DNA of 61,943 bases, the filler included. It is 5 parts of 5 records of this genome, joined end to end, with 100 filler letters (N's around TTAATTAATTAA, not from the genome) between each part and the next. Parts side by side here need not be neighbours in the genome. Positions count along the whole stretch, not along the records: positions 29,290 to 40,257 come from SRR31147125_24075; positions 40,358 to 55,716 come from SRR31147125_24108; 3 more parts are not named here. One strand, written 5' to 3'. Both the position numbers and the translations under genes were made by a program. The notes under the pieces were generated by a model. The model had not been told where the DNA came from and searched no databases. It saw only the letters and a program-made list of their open reading frames with translations. This document shows, piece by piece, positions 31,146-42,048 of this stretch. Each line of letters starts with the position of its first letter. The first letter of the stretch is position 1.

Positions 31146-32480
31146 ATGAAAAATACATTTTCAAATATTTTAAAATTTATGCAAAAGGATGTAGTATTTA
31201 TAATAGCTGTAGCATCAGCTTGCATGTTATATCCTTTTATGCAATCGGCAAATATCTTGCTTTGTGGGGTTTTGTTTTTGTTTTTATTAGCTAACATACA
31301 AGACAACAAGCTTTTTTATACGTATTTTGCACTAATATTTTTCGAACCTGTTATTAACCTTCCGGTAGTTGGAGGTACTTTTTTTAGAGTTTTTTATGTA
31401 TTGCTTGCTTTAAGAGTGGTTTTAGATTTTATCAACAAAAGAAAAATCAAATGGGATATACCTACAATCATAGCTGGTTCTATATTTGTTGTAACCGCTT
31501 TTTTATACAGCATAAGCAATTCAAGAGCTATATCAGTTATACTAAACGCACTATCTGTTTTATATATTGTTCTTTCAATTAAGAATAGTGGTGATTATAA
31601 AAAAGAGATAGGTAGACTTTTAACCTTTATTGCAATTTTCTCTGCTCTTTCTGGTGCTTGTGGATTGATAAGAGATTTTACTGAAAGAGGAAGAATTATG
31701 GGCAGCTTTTTTGGAATAATAGATGACCCAAATTACTCCGCTCTTTTCTTTACTATTGGATTTTTTGCTTCTTTTGGAGCAACTATGATAAAACAAAAAT
31801 GGATTAAGATAACGCTTCAAGTGTTTCTTGCAGTGCTGATATTGTTAACCTCAAGCATCACTGCTATGTTGATAGTTGGGCTTTTGTGTGTGATTTGGTT
31901 CTTTGTCGTAAACGGCTGGAAAAAAACGCTTATACTCGTTTTGGCATTGTTGATTATGGTACTTGCAGTGTGGTTTATACCTTTTGACCCTAATGGAACT
32001 ATAATAAAGACACAAAACAAATTAAAAAGGTTTGTTATGTTCGAAAACCCATATGAAGAGTTTAACTATCAATTTCCTAATTATTCTGACTTTGAGTTAT
32101 ATTTAAATAGGATAACGTCAAAAAGATATTATCTAGCAAAGACATATGCGATACATCTTTTTGTGAATACTCCATTAAAGGAGCAGTTTTTTGGAGGGAA
32201 CAACCCAGTAGAAGGTAATTTTAAAGACAATGTACCTGTTACAAACTTTGCTGTTTCTCATAATACATATATAGATATGATGTTTATGATTGGATATGTC
32301 TTCTTGTTTGCACTTCTGGTGTTTATAGGAATAAATATAATGAGACATTTTAGAATGTATTTAAAGGATAAAGATATTGAATATGTTTGCTTGGTGCTTA
32401 TAATGCTAACTGTATTACTATATGCAACGTCTATATCTATCTTCCCGTTTAGATACTTTATTGCGTTTTTATTATTATAG
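31146..32480 (+). CDS. O-antigen ligase/polymerase (Wzy_C)-like membrane protein
   Basis: Multiple TMs, DPNYSA, LTSS, SHNTYID. Confidence 0.78.
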   Translation: MKNTFSNILKFMQKDVVFIIAVASACMLYPFMQSANILLCGVLFLFLLANIQDNKLFYTYFALIFFEPVINLPVVGGTFFRVFYVLLALRVVLDFINKRKIKWDIPTIIAGSIFVVTAFLYSISNSRAISVILNALSVLYIVLSIKNSGDYKKEIGRLLTFIAIFSALSGACGLIRDFTERGRIMGSFFGIIDDPNYSALFFTIGFFASFGATMIKQKWIKITLQVFLAVLILLTSSITAMLIVGLLCVIWFFVVNGWKKTLILVLALLIMVLAVWFIPFDPNGTIIKTQNKLKRFVMFENPYEEFNYQFPNYSDFELYLNRITSKRYYLAKTYAIHLFVNTPLKEQFFGGNNPVEGNFKDNVPVTNFAVSHNTYIDMMFMIGYVFLFALLVFIGINIMRHFRMYLKDKDIEYVCLVLIMLTVLLYATSISIFPFRYFIAFLLL

Positions 32481-32536
32481 ATATTAATGGCTAAAGGCAA
32501 AGACGGCAAGTTCATTTTTGAACTTGCCGTCCTCTT

Positions 32537-33031
32537 TTAATTTATTCTTAAGTGCTTTGGCTTGTAGCCACTTTTATCCACAATGGCTATAAGGTCAGCA
32601 TCTAAATCAAAACAATCTTCATATTCTATTTTGCTCTTTTTCATATCGTCCACTTCAAATATCAACTTTTCTAACGAACTTATCGCCTTCTTTTGTATAT
32701 CAAATATTCTTGATTTCAAATCATATATCTTGTCCCTATAATATCTTGTAATAGCATTACCTTTTTGTTTGATATCTAAAACTTCATTGTTGGCTTGGTT
32801 TATTATTTCACTTTTTTGCTTTTCTATATAAGAAAGAGCCAAAGTGACATCTTGTTGACTTTGCTTATACTTTGAAAGCTCTTCCTTAATTTCAGAGTTT
32901 TCTTTCCTAAGTTTTAAAATCCTATCTTTTTGCTCCTTTAAGCATTTTTCGTAATCTGCTCTAATGCCACTGATAAAATCATCTACATTTTTATCAGAAT
33001 ACCTGCCTAAAACCGTCTTTTTTAGTTCCAT
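32537..33031 (-). CDS. DivIVA-like coiled-coil protein
   Basis: N-terminal KKTVLGRYSDKNVDDFI resembles the DivIVA motif; long coiled coil. Confidence 0.55.
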   Translation of the reverse strand: MELKKTVLGRYSDKNVDDFISGIRADYEKCLKEQKDRILKLRKENSEIKEELSKYKQSQQDVTLALSYIEKQKSEIINQANNEVLDIKQKGNAITRYYRDKIYDLKSRIFDIQKKAISSLEKLIFEVDDMKKSKIEYEDCFDLDADLIAIVDKSGYKPKHLRIN

Positions 33032-33231
33032 AATAAGAGCCCCTTTATTATTTATTATATAAAAAAATTATAAGACAAATATTCAGTAAAAATTGTGATT
33101 TTGTGGTACTATGTTTGCTCTTTTTATGTCGAATATGCTTAAATGTATAGCTGATTTATTAAAGATAAACAATCAGCAAATAAATAATATTTACTGATTG
33201 TTTGTATGTTTGGAAAAAGAAATACTACAAT

Positions 33232-34227
33232 TCAGTCTTGGTCTTTTTTTAGCGATATGATTAGTTTTCCGTCCAACCTCACAGCTTTTTTTCCGTTACA
33301 TTCGTTTAAAACTGTGATATCCAGAGATTTATAATCAGGACAAATTGATATTTTATCAACATTGATGCATCTGCGTCTTGCGAAATAACCAATCACTTGG
33401 TCTAAGCAGAAAGTTTCGCTGGAACAAACTTCCGCATACTCTTCACATGCCTCATCGTTTTTAACTTGAAGTGATCCATTTATCTTTACGCTTCCATTTA
33501 GGTTTACCTTATAGATATTGCATTTTGAGCATATATCACCACATGGTGTGGATACTTTAACTTTTTCGTCTATACAGCTTTCGTCTATAAACAGGCACTT
33601 TTTAAAAACAGAGATTTTAGCTTTATCTAAAGAGCAAAGAGAATAGCACTCTGGAATTATAAAGTATAAGCAAAAGTGTTCGCATGCAGGCAGACATATT
33701 GCTCCTTTTCTTTTGTGATGATGTGCAGGTCTAGTTGCTTTTTCTTGCGGAACATTATTTTGCTCCGTGGTTGCGTTGGTTTCAATTACTTCGTTGTTTT
33801 CCATATCTTTTTCTACCTCCATTATGTAAATATCATCGTTTAACTTAACGCCTAGAGCAAAAAAATCTAACTTTTTTGTTAGCTTTAATTTATACTCAAA
33901 TTTTTTGTCTCCATCCAATTTGTCATCAATTCTAAGTCCGATTAAGGGTATGTCGTCGTCATCCACTTTCATAACTTTACACATCAGGTTATCTTCATAT
34001 GTTTTTTTGCCGCAGATTTTGTTAAAAGATACTATTTCTGTATTGGCAAGCACATCTTTATTATCTGTAGGAACACCTAACATAAAATAAGAAAGGGTTT
34101 TATCGCTCTTATGCCCATTTACATTCAAAGAAACAACATTTGTGTCGTCAGTATGGTCAGAAGAGCTTATTTCGAATGTAAAATCTTGAACATTTAGGCT
34201 TTTGTATTTTGTAAGCAAAATTATCAC
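33232..34227 (-). CDS. Hypothetical protein with Cys-rich C-terminal domain (spore coat/exosporium-like)
   Basis: 16 Cys in the last ~155 aa, His/Lys-rich linker; AGGAG SD. Confidence 0.6.
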   Translation of the reverse strand: MIILLTKYKSLNVQDFTFEISSSDHTDDTNVVSLNVNGHKSDKTLSYFMLGVPTDNKDVLANTEIVSFNKICGKKTYEDNLMCKVMKVDDDDIPLIGLRIDDKLDGDKKFEYKLKLTKKLDFFALGVKLNDDIYIMEVEKDMENNEVIETNATTEQNNVPQEKATRPAHHHKRKGAICLPACEHFCLYFIIPECYSLCSLDKAKISVFKKCLFIDESCIDEKVKVSTPCGDICSKCNIYKVNLNGSVKINGSLQVKNDEACEEYAEVCSSETFCLDQVIGYFARRRCINVDKISICPDYKSLDITVLNECNGKKAVRLDGKLIISLKKDQD

Positions 34228-34342
34228 TCCTTTTTTAATGAAAATTATTGTTTTTCAGTATATAATATTTAAATATTATAAAATTCGTGAACAATATTTA
34301 AGATATTCGTTTTATTCATTAAATTTAAATGGCGGAAAAAAC

Positions 34343-35695
34343 ATGAGCGATAAAAGCAAAAGACGAGACTTAACAAAAGGTAGCTTAAAAAAGGATATAT
34401 TGTTTATGACTTTACCAATGGCTTTTGGGATGCTGGGCATGGTTGTTTTTAACTTTGTAGATTCTTTGTATGTTGGTATGCTAGGACAAACCGAACTTGC
34501 CGCTATATCCTTTACTTTTCCTGTGGTTATGGTAATTGTGTCTATAACACAAGGCATGGGCATGGGGACTGCAACTTTAGTTTCTAAATATATTGGCGAA
34601 AAAAATGAGGACTGGGTGAAAAAATCATCGACTTATAGTCTGATTATTGCCGTCATACTTGTTGTTGTAATTAGCATTATTGGTTTTTTTACAATAAAGC
34701 CGCTGTTTAAAATTTTAGGTGCTACAAATAATGAAATGCCGCATATAGTAAGTTATATGAAAGTGTATTATTTTGGTGTTCCTTTTGTTGTTATACCAAT
34801 GGTAGGAAACAATATTATAAGGGCGCTTGGAGATACTAAAGTACCAAGTATTGCTATGACGATTGCTGCTGTACTAAATATAATATTAGACCCAATATTT
34901 ATTTTTGGATGGGGATTTGACGGACTTGGAATAACAGGTGCCGCAATTGCTACTGTTATTTCTAGGTTTACTACGTTTATATTTGCATTTTGGATACTAT
35001 TAAAAAGAGAAAAGGTCATTACCTTTAAAAAGCTTAGTATTTCAGAATTTATAAGCTCTACTAAAAGATTGTTGAAAGTGGCGATTCCTACTGGTGCGGC
35101 AAGGTCTATTATTCCACTTGGTACAGGCGTTATTACTGCTATGATTGCAACCTACGGAAGCATTTATGTTGGTGGCTATGGTGCTGGTGTTAAGATAGAA
35201 AATCTTGCAGTATGTGTGCCAAATGCGCTTTCTACGATAATGGTGGCTGTTGTAGGACAAAACTTTGGTGCAAAGGATTTTGGACGAATAAAAAGGGGAT
35301 ACAAGGTAGCATGTGGCTATTCACTTTTGTATAGCTTAATTGCTGTTCCGTTGATATTTATATTTGCACCACATATAACAAAACTTTTTGATGTGGATAA
35401 TGAGGTTAGGTCGGTTATGATACAATATGTGAGGCTTGCGATATTTGGTATTGGTTTTTTAGGTATCATTGCAATCTCTTCTTCTGCTTTAAATGCAATA
35501 AACAAGCCGCTAAAGGCCGCGATAATATTCTTTGGATATATGTTTGCCGTATATATTCCGCTAGCCAAAATACTATCGATATCCTTTTTGACAGACGGTA
35601 TTTTTTATGCAGCGTTAATAGCATACATTGTTTCAGGTATAATTTCATATATCTTTACTATCGGAGAGATAAATGGCAGTGCTAAGCAATATTAA
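34343..35695 (+). CDS. MATE family efflux transporter
   Basis: DLTKG, VDSLYVG, RALGDTK, LNIILDPIFI, GITGAAIAT, GQNFGA. Confidence 0.93.
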   Translation: MSDKSKRRDLTKGSLKKDILFMTLPMAFGMLGMVVFNFVDSLYVGMLGQTELAAISFTFPVVMVIVSITQGMGMGTATLVSKYIGEKNEDWVKKSSTYSLIIAVILVVVISIIGFFTIKPLFKILGATNNEMPHIVSYMKVYYFGVPFVVIPMVGNNIIRALGDTKVPSIAMTIAAVLNIILDPIFIFGWGFDGLGITGAAIATVISRFTTFIFAFWILLKREKVITFKKLSISEFISSTKRLLKVAIPTGAARSIIPLGTGVITAMIATYGSIYVGGYGAGVKIENLAVCVPNALSTIMVAVVGQNFGAKDFGRIKRGYKVACGYSLLYSLIAVPLIFIFAPHITKLFDVDNEVRSVMIQYVRLAIFGIGFLGIIAISSSALNAINKPLKAAIIFFGYMFAVYIPLAKILSISFLTDGIFYAALIAYIVSGIISYIFTIGEINGSAKQY

Positions 35696-35869
35696 AATAT
35701 AAATAGTTTTTTGGTCTGTTTTGCTTTTATATTAATTATTTAGGGGTTTTTTTAAAACACCATTATGCTATAATTAAAAAAATTTTTGCATCTAATAAAA
35801 TTTTATGTTTAGACTTTAACAACTATTTATGATTTAATAGTATTATAATATAAAGGGAAAATTTAAATT

Positions 35870-36289
35870 ATGCATGAGGTCATGCTAAGTATAAAAGGTA
35901 GCCAAAACGGCGACGATAATATAGAGCTTATTACTAAAGGTGAATTATATACAGTGGAAGATAGTTTAGTTATAAAGTATAATGAAACAGAGATTTCTGG
36001 TATGGAAGGCGCTAAGAACACTATTACGATTAAAGACCATACTATATCCTTAGAACGAGATGGTAGTATATCTACAAGCCTTTATTTTGAGGAGGGTAAA
36101 AAGTTTATAGGTAATTATTCTACAATGCTTGGAGATTTAAATATGAGCATTTACCCTACTGTTGTAAGACATGAAGAATTTGAGAACGTTGGAACAATTG
36201 ATTTAGAATACGAACTGGACTTAGAGGGTGAACAATCTTTTAATACTTTGAACTTAAGCTACGAGATGATTGAGCAAAGTGTACAATAA
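35870..36289 (+). CDS. DUF1934 family protein
   Basis: IELITKG, YNETEISGMEG, FEEGK, LEYEL; typical position upstream of pyrG. Confidence 0.85.
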   Translation: MHEVMLSIKGSQNGDDNIELITKGELYTVEDSLVIKYNETEISGMEGAKNTITIKDHTISLERDGSISTSLYFEEGKKFIGNYSTMLGDLNMSIYPTVVRHEEFENVGTIDLEYELDLEGEQSFNTLNLSYEMIEQSVQ

Positions 36290-36395
36290 TAGAATATAAC
36301 AAGTGAAAATTTTACAACCAAATTTTATTTTTTAAACAATATAGTATTAATATATCAGAGCAAATGTTAGGGTGAAAATAGAGGGGTATTTTTTT

Positions 36396-38033
36396 ATGAG
36401 CAAGCAGGCAAAATTTATATTTGTAACAGGCGGTGTTGTTTCTTCGCTAGGAAAAGGCATTACAGCAGCATCTTTAGGGACGTTACTACGTGCAAGAGGT
36501 CTAAAAGTTTCGCTGCAAAAGTGTGATCCTTATTTAAATGTCGATCCTGGTACTATGAATCCTTTTCAGCATGGCGAGGTTTTTGTAACGGACGATGGCG
36601 CAGAAACAGACCTTGATGTTGGGCATTATGAAAGATTTACGGATGAGAACTCTTTCAAAGATTCTAACGTAACAACTGGAAAAGTATATTGGGAAGTTTT
36701 AAGCAAAGAAAGACAGGGGAAATACTTAGGTGGAACTGTACAGGTTATTCCGCATATAACAAACGAGATAAAAAAGAGAATTTATAGTGTTGGACAAACT
36801 GGTAACCCAGATATCGTTATTACAGAGATAGGCGGTACTGTAGGTGATATAGAATCACAGCCATTTTTAGAAACTATCCGACAAATAAGATGGGAGGTAG
36901 GAGCAGAGAATTGTATTTTTATACATGTAACGCTTGTACCTTATTTAAGTAAAGTTGGTGAGATGAAAACAAAACCAACGCAACATAGTGTAAAAGAATT
37001 AAGGTCTATTGGTATAGAACCAGATATTATTGTATGTAGAACAGAACACGAGCTTAACGACGATTTAAAAGCCAAAATATCACTATTCTGTAACGTTTCT
37101 AAGAAAAACGTAGTTTCAAATCTAAATGCAGATTCACTTTATGAAGTTCCTATTATGTTAAAAGAACAAATGCTTGATGATATTGTATGTGAGCGACTAA
37201 ACCTTCACTGTGGAGCGCCAGACCTTACAGCATGGAATGCTAACATTGCTAGAGACAAGGCTGTAGAAAAAAGTGTTAAGATTGCTTTGGTAGGGAAGTA
37301 TACTGATCTTCGTGATGCATATCTTTCTATTGTAGAATCATTTAATCATGCTGGTGTTTTTAATGATGTTAAGGTAGATATAAAATGGGTTGAAGCTATT
37401 GAATTAGAAGAATGTGATGATCCTAGCAGTATTTTAGGCGATGTTTGTGGAATACTAGTACCTGGTGGTTTTGGAGAAAGAGGAGTAAACGGTAAGATTG
37501 TTTCTATAAAGTATGCGCGAGAAAACAAGATTCCTTTCTTTGGTATATGCCTTGGTATGCAATTAGCTATTATAGAGTTTGCAAGAAATGTTTTAAATAT
37601 AAGAGAAGCGAGCTCTACGGAACATATGTCTGATACACCGTATCCGTTTATTGACCTTATGGAAGAGCAAAAGAATATTAAAAACTTAGGTGGAACAATG
37701 AGGCTGGGAGCTTATGGTTGTGAACTTTTTGAAGGTTCAAAAGCGTATAAAGCTTATGGAGAAAAAGTTATATCTGAAAGACACAGACACAGACTTGAGT
37801 TTAATGATGAATACAAAGATATTATAGAAGATGCAGGGCTTAAAGTTGCTGGTACAAACCCAGACACTGATTTAGTTGAGATAGTGGAGTTGCAAGAACA
37901 TCCATGGTTTGTTGGTGTTCAGTTCCATCCAGAATTTAAGTCAAGGCCATTAAGACCACATCCGTTGTTTAGAGATTTTGTTGGTGCGAGTGTGGAATAC
38001 AAAGAAAAAAGGGAGATAATTAATAATGGATAA
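36396..38033 (+). CDS. pyrG: CTP synthase
   Basis: [37 protein letters not shown]. Confidence 0.98.
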   Translation: MSKQAKFIFVTGGVVSSLGKGITAASLGTLLRARGLKVSLQKCDPYLNVDPGTMNPFQHGEVFVTDDGAETDLDVGHYERFTDENSFKDSNVTTGKVYWEVLSKERQGKYLGGTVQVIPHITNEIKKRIYSVGQTGNPDIVITEIGGTVGDIESQPFLETIRQIRWEVGAENCIFIHVTLVPYLSKVGEMKTKPTQHSVKELRSIGIEPDIIVCRTEHELNDDLKAKISLFCNVSKKNVVSNLNADSLYEVPIMLKEQMLDDIVCERLNLHCGAPDLTAWNANIARDKAVEKSVKIALVGKYTDLRDAYLSIVESFNHAGVFNDVKVDIKWVEAIELEECDDPSSILGDVCGILVPGGFGERGVNGKIVSIKYARENKIPFFGICLGMQLAIIEFARNVLNIREASSTEHMSDTPYPFIDLMEEQKNIKNLGGTMRLGAYGCELFEGSKAYKAYGEKVISERHRHRLEFNDEYKDIIEDAGLKVAGTNPDTDLVEIVELQEHPWFVGVQFHPEFKSRPLRPHPLFRDFVGASVEYKEKREIINNG

Positions 38034-38528
38034 AAGATTAGTTGAAGCGATAAATTTGCAAATAAAGTATGAGTTTTTTCTGCACAGCTTTATTTTGCTA
38101 TGGCTTCGTATTGTAAAGAAAATGATTTTGATGGTTTTGAATCTTGGTTTTTTGTTCAAAATCAAGAAGAACAATTTCATACTATGAAGTTTTATAACTA
38201 CATTAATGAAAGAGGAGAAAAGGCGTTAATAACAGGCTTTGAAGATCCTAAAAGAGACTATGAAAGCTTAGAAGATGTTTTTGAATATGGACTTGAGCAC
38301 GAAAAGACTGTATCGCAAAGAATAAACAAATTGATGGATGTTGCGCATGAAGTTAAAGATTATGCGGCTATTCAGTTTTTACAATGGTTTATTAACGAGC
38401 AAGTAGAAGAAGAGGATAGTTTTAGATCGATGCTTGCAAAGATAAAGCTTGTAGGCGAAAAAGGAGAAGGAATTTATCATCTTGATAAAGAAGCTTCTGC
38501 AAGAGTTTTTGTTGCGCCTGCTAACTAA
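38026..38528 (+). CDS. ftnA: Non-heme ferritin; frameshift in T6 run ~38064-38069
   Basis: [18 protein letters not shown] joins [29 protein letters not shown] if T6 were T7. Confidence 0.9.
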
Positions 38529-38717
38529 ATTCTTTAAAAATGGATAAAAGCACTGCGCTAGATGATAAATATAGCAATAGAGACCAAATATTTTCTAATG
38601 CTTTTGTTATTTAAGGCTGGTGCATAGTTATTTGTTTGTTTTTTTTAAGAATTGTGTTATAATCCAAATGCTAAAATTAAAAGTTATAGTCAATAACTGT
38701 TGGAATGGAAATTATAT

Positions 38718-40004
38718 ATGAGAGAAAAACTTGTTATCAGAGGTGGAAAGCCCTTAAAGGGTGAGGTTAGCGTTGGTGGTGCTAAAAATGCTGCTGTTGC
38801 GATTATTCCTGCAATAATACTATCAAGTGAACCTTGTGTTTTAGAAAACCTACCTGATATAGATGATGTTACTGTCTTAAAAGAAACATTGATAAAAATG
38901 GGCGCTAGTGTTGAAAGCATTAGTAAACATAGCCTAAGAATTGACCCTACTACGATTAATATTAATAAAGTAGATTTTGATATTGTTACACATGTTAGAG
39001 CATCCTATTATATTTTGGGTGCATTGATGTCTAAATATAAAGAATCATATGTTAAGCTACCTGGCGGTTGTGCTATTGGCGCAAGACCGATAGATCAGCA
39101 TATAAAAGGGTTTGCGGCACTTGGAGCAAAAGTTACTACAGAGTATGGTATGTTAAAAGCTGTTATACCAGAAGATGGCCTTAAAGGGGCTGATATTTAT
39201 TTGGACTGTGTATCTGTTGGTGCTACAATAAATATTATACTTGCGGCTATTTTTGCTAAAGGAACAACAACTATTGTGAATGCTGCAAAAGAGCCTCACG
39301 TTGTTGATGTTGCAAGTATGCTAAGGCAGATGGGTGCAAAGATTTTAGGCGCTGGAACTGATATAATTAAGGTGCGTGGAGTATCTAAACTTAGAGGTGT
39401 TACATACTCTATTATTCCAGATCAAATAGAAACGGGAACATTGATGGTTGCAGCTGCTGGAACTTTTGGTGATGTTAAAATAAAAAATGTAATTCCGCAG
39501 CATATGGAAGCTTTGTGTGCAAAACTTTCTGAAATGGGAATTGGCATTGAAGAAGGCGATGATTACATTAGGGTTTATAGCAACAAAAGACATACTGCTG
39601 TTAATGTAAGAACTTTGCCGTATCCTGGTTTTCCTACAGATTTACAACAACCAGTTACTGTTCTTTTAAGTACTGCAAGTGGATCTAGTATTGTTGAAGA
39701 AAACATGTTTGAAGCTAGGTTTAAACATATAAATGAAATAAGAAGAATGGGAGCAAAGGTTAATATAAACGGAAGAATTGCTCTTGTTCAAGGTATAGAA
39801 AAGCTTACAGGAGCACCAGTACGTGCAACAGATTTACGTGCAGGGGCTGCTCTTGTTATTGCAGGTCTTATGGCTGATGGTGAAACAGAGATAAGCAATA
39901 TTAAATTTATCGATAGAGGTTATGACCATATAGAGGAAAAATTTATCAGCTTAGGTGCGGATATAAGACGAGAAAAAGCAACAGACGATTATTTTGATTA
40001 TTAA
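38718..40004 (+). CDS. murA: UDP-N-acetylglucosamine 1-carboxyvinyltransferase
   Basis: GAKNA, RAS, PGGCAIGARPID, PGFPTD, TDLRAGAAL. Confidence 0.97.
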   Translation: MREKLVIRGGKPLKGEVSVGGAKNAAVAIIPAIILSSEPCVLENLPDIDDVTVLKETLIKMGASVESISKHSLRIDPTTININKVDFDIVTHVRASYYILGALMSKYKESYVKLPGGCAIGARPIDQHIKGFAALGAKVTTEYGMLKAVIPEDGLKGADIYLDCVSVGATINIILAAIFAKGTTTIVNAAKEPHVVDVASMLRQMGAKILGAGTDIIKVRGVSKLRGVTYSIIPDQIETGTLMVAAAGTFGDVKIKNVIPQHMEALCAKLSEMGIGIEEGDDYIRVYSNKRHTAVNVRTLPYPGFPTDLQQPVTVLLSTASGSSIVEENMFEARFKHINEIRRMGAKVNINGRIALVQGIEKLTGAPVRATDLRAGAALVIAGLMADGETEISNIKFIDRGYDHIEEKFISLGADIRREKATDDYFDY

Positions 40005-40257
40005 TATGTATAATAAAAAGCGACGGTCTGTTAACTCAAAGAGTTTTTCGATATTCTAAAGCGGCGAGTGAAGTCGCTTTTTTTATGCACTTTTATTGCT
40101 GTATTTATTGTAATTGGTAAAATTATTTAAATCATTACAATAATTATAACTTGTTGCAAAAATGTATATATTGTGGTAATATGTATGTAGAAAAAGTTAG
40201 TATGAATATTGAATCATATTGATTGGTGGGGAGAATTATATGTAGGGATATCTTTTT

Positions 40258-40357
40258 NNNNNNNNNNNNNNNNNNNNNNNNNNNNNNNNNNNNNNNNNNN
40301 NTTAATTAATTAANNNNNNNNNNNNNNNNNNNNNNNNNNNNNNNNNNNNNNNNNNNN
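40258..40357. other. Artificial contig linker
   Basis: N-run + TTAATTAATTAA + N-run. Confidence 0.98.
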
Positions 40358-40988
40358 TTTTAAACTCTTGAATATGAATCTCTTCAAAATATGGAGTTAG
40401 TAATTCTTTCCCATTTTCAAGGGAAAATTCGCTTAAGAGCTCTTCAAATGATATTTTTTTAGAGATTTCAATATTATTATCGATGAGCAGCTTTTTTATC
40501 TTCTCTGTTAATTCTGAAAGTGAATTCTGGCTATGAGTTAAAACGATGAAAGTCCCTTCTGGTGTTAGCATGCGAGGAATATGCTTAAGAACATCCTTGA
40601 AAAAGTAGACAGCATAGCTTGATATTATTAAGTCGAAAGAGTGTGGTGGATAAGTTGCGATGTCCTTTGCATCAGTAACATGAAACTCACAGGTTGATCC
40701 GATTTTTCTACAATTTTTGATAAATGGTCTTTTGTTTTTTGCTTCACGGTCAAGACCAAGAATGTGTGCTCCTTTTCTGATCTTATCTTTTAAGGCCAGG
40801 GTGAAGAATCCAAAACCGGAACCGAGATCCAAAATGTTGGTGACTTCAGAAAAGTCGATTCCTTTAAGGGCTTCACTTCTAATGTCATTTTTATTTGTCG
40901 AGTGTTTCGAAATAAGTTTGCTAATCTGTTTGTGGATATCGATATCTTCAAAAGATTTTGCGATCTCTTCATCATTGAATATTGGCAT
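40358..40988 (-). CDS. Class I SAM-dependent methyltransferase (3' truncated)
   Basis: ILDLGSGFG, GLD, SFDLIIS, LTPEG. Confidence 0.85.
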
Positions 40989-41230
40989 TTTTCGATAGTA
41001 GGTTTTATGCCCTGTTTGAGCAAGAAATATTTTGTCTTTGAAGAATAAATAAAAACTAATGAAAACAAAGTGTTATTCATAAAATAAAGATGCGAGAAAA
41101 AGCAACATTTGGTTGGTAAAATGCCGATAATGTATATATAGGAAGAGGTGTAACCTTAAAAATATACGTACTGCTCGCTAATCATTGATTTTGCTGGGTT
41201 TTTCGTGTATTATTAGGTCTGGAGGAGTGT

Positions 41231-42039
41231 ATGAAGAGGTTTCTAGGGTTTTTTATAGTCTTTTTTGTTTTTTTCTAAATAGTCCATCAATTTTTTCGAG
41301 TGAATCTCCCATTAATTTCGACACATTGGAAGTTGTGTCAAGTGTGATCGTTCGTGGTTCGCCTGTTGGTGAACCTGTTGCAAAAGAACTCACGAGGGGA
41401 GATGTAACTAGAACAACATATGATGTTAAATTTATGGTCGCAGATGTTGTAAAAAATGAGAGTGAAATGAAGCTAGCGGTTGGTGAGGTTGCAACTTTTA
41501 ATATCCTTTCTGATAAAGTAAAAGAGCTTGTCTCTGGTCAAGAGTATATGCTCTTCCTGAAAAAATTCTATTTTGGTCCTTTTGGGTTTGTTGCTGGTGA
41601 TAACAGTATTTTTAAGATTGAAAAAGACCAAGCAACTGGTGAGCTTATGATGATGAATAAATATAGGAACAAGGGTTTGATGAGAGGAATTAATGTTAAA
41701 ATTCCTACGACGATAAAGAAAGATGATTTGTCTGGTAAATCAAAAGCTGAAATAACGAGACAATTGCAAGGGCCTCTGCCTGTTCAGGGTGTTGTTGATG
41801 TTGTTCGTGAAATTAGAAAGGTGAGACCTGTTGCTCCTGTAAGGGTTAGGCCGATTAAAAAAGAGGATGTTAAGGTTCCTGTTCCGATTCCTATTAAGAG
41901 AGAATCTGTTAAAAAAGAAGATATTTCTGTGCCAGTTAAACGAGAAGTTCAAGTCCCTAAAGAAGAGCCCAAGGTTAAGGTTGAAGAAGAGATGCCAAAG
42001 ATGGAAGTCGGTGGAAGTGTTACCGATGGGGGAGAATAA
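41231..42039 (+). CDS. Secreted hypothetical protein, OB-fold-like domain + Pro/Val/Lys/Glu-rich tail; frameshift in T7 run 41268-41274
   Basis: GGAGGAG SD and ATG 41231 give signal peptide MKRFLGFFIVFFVFF, which joins ORF 41185..42039 with one extra T. Confidence 0.7.
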
Positions 42040-42048
42040 TTGGAGTCT

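Noticed and set aside
39060..39100. Fosfomycin-resistant MurA
   Set aside because: The active-site Cys (PGGCAIG) is present; ordinary enzyme.
41100..41132. Perfect GCCGATAA sigma-28 -10 element
   Set aside because: No convincing TAAA -35 at the correct spacing.
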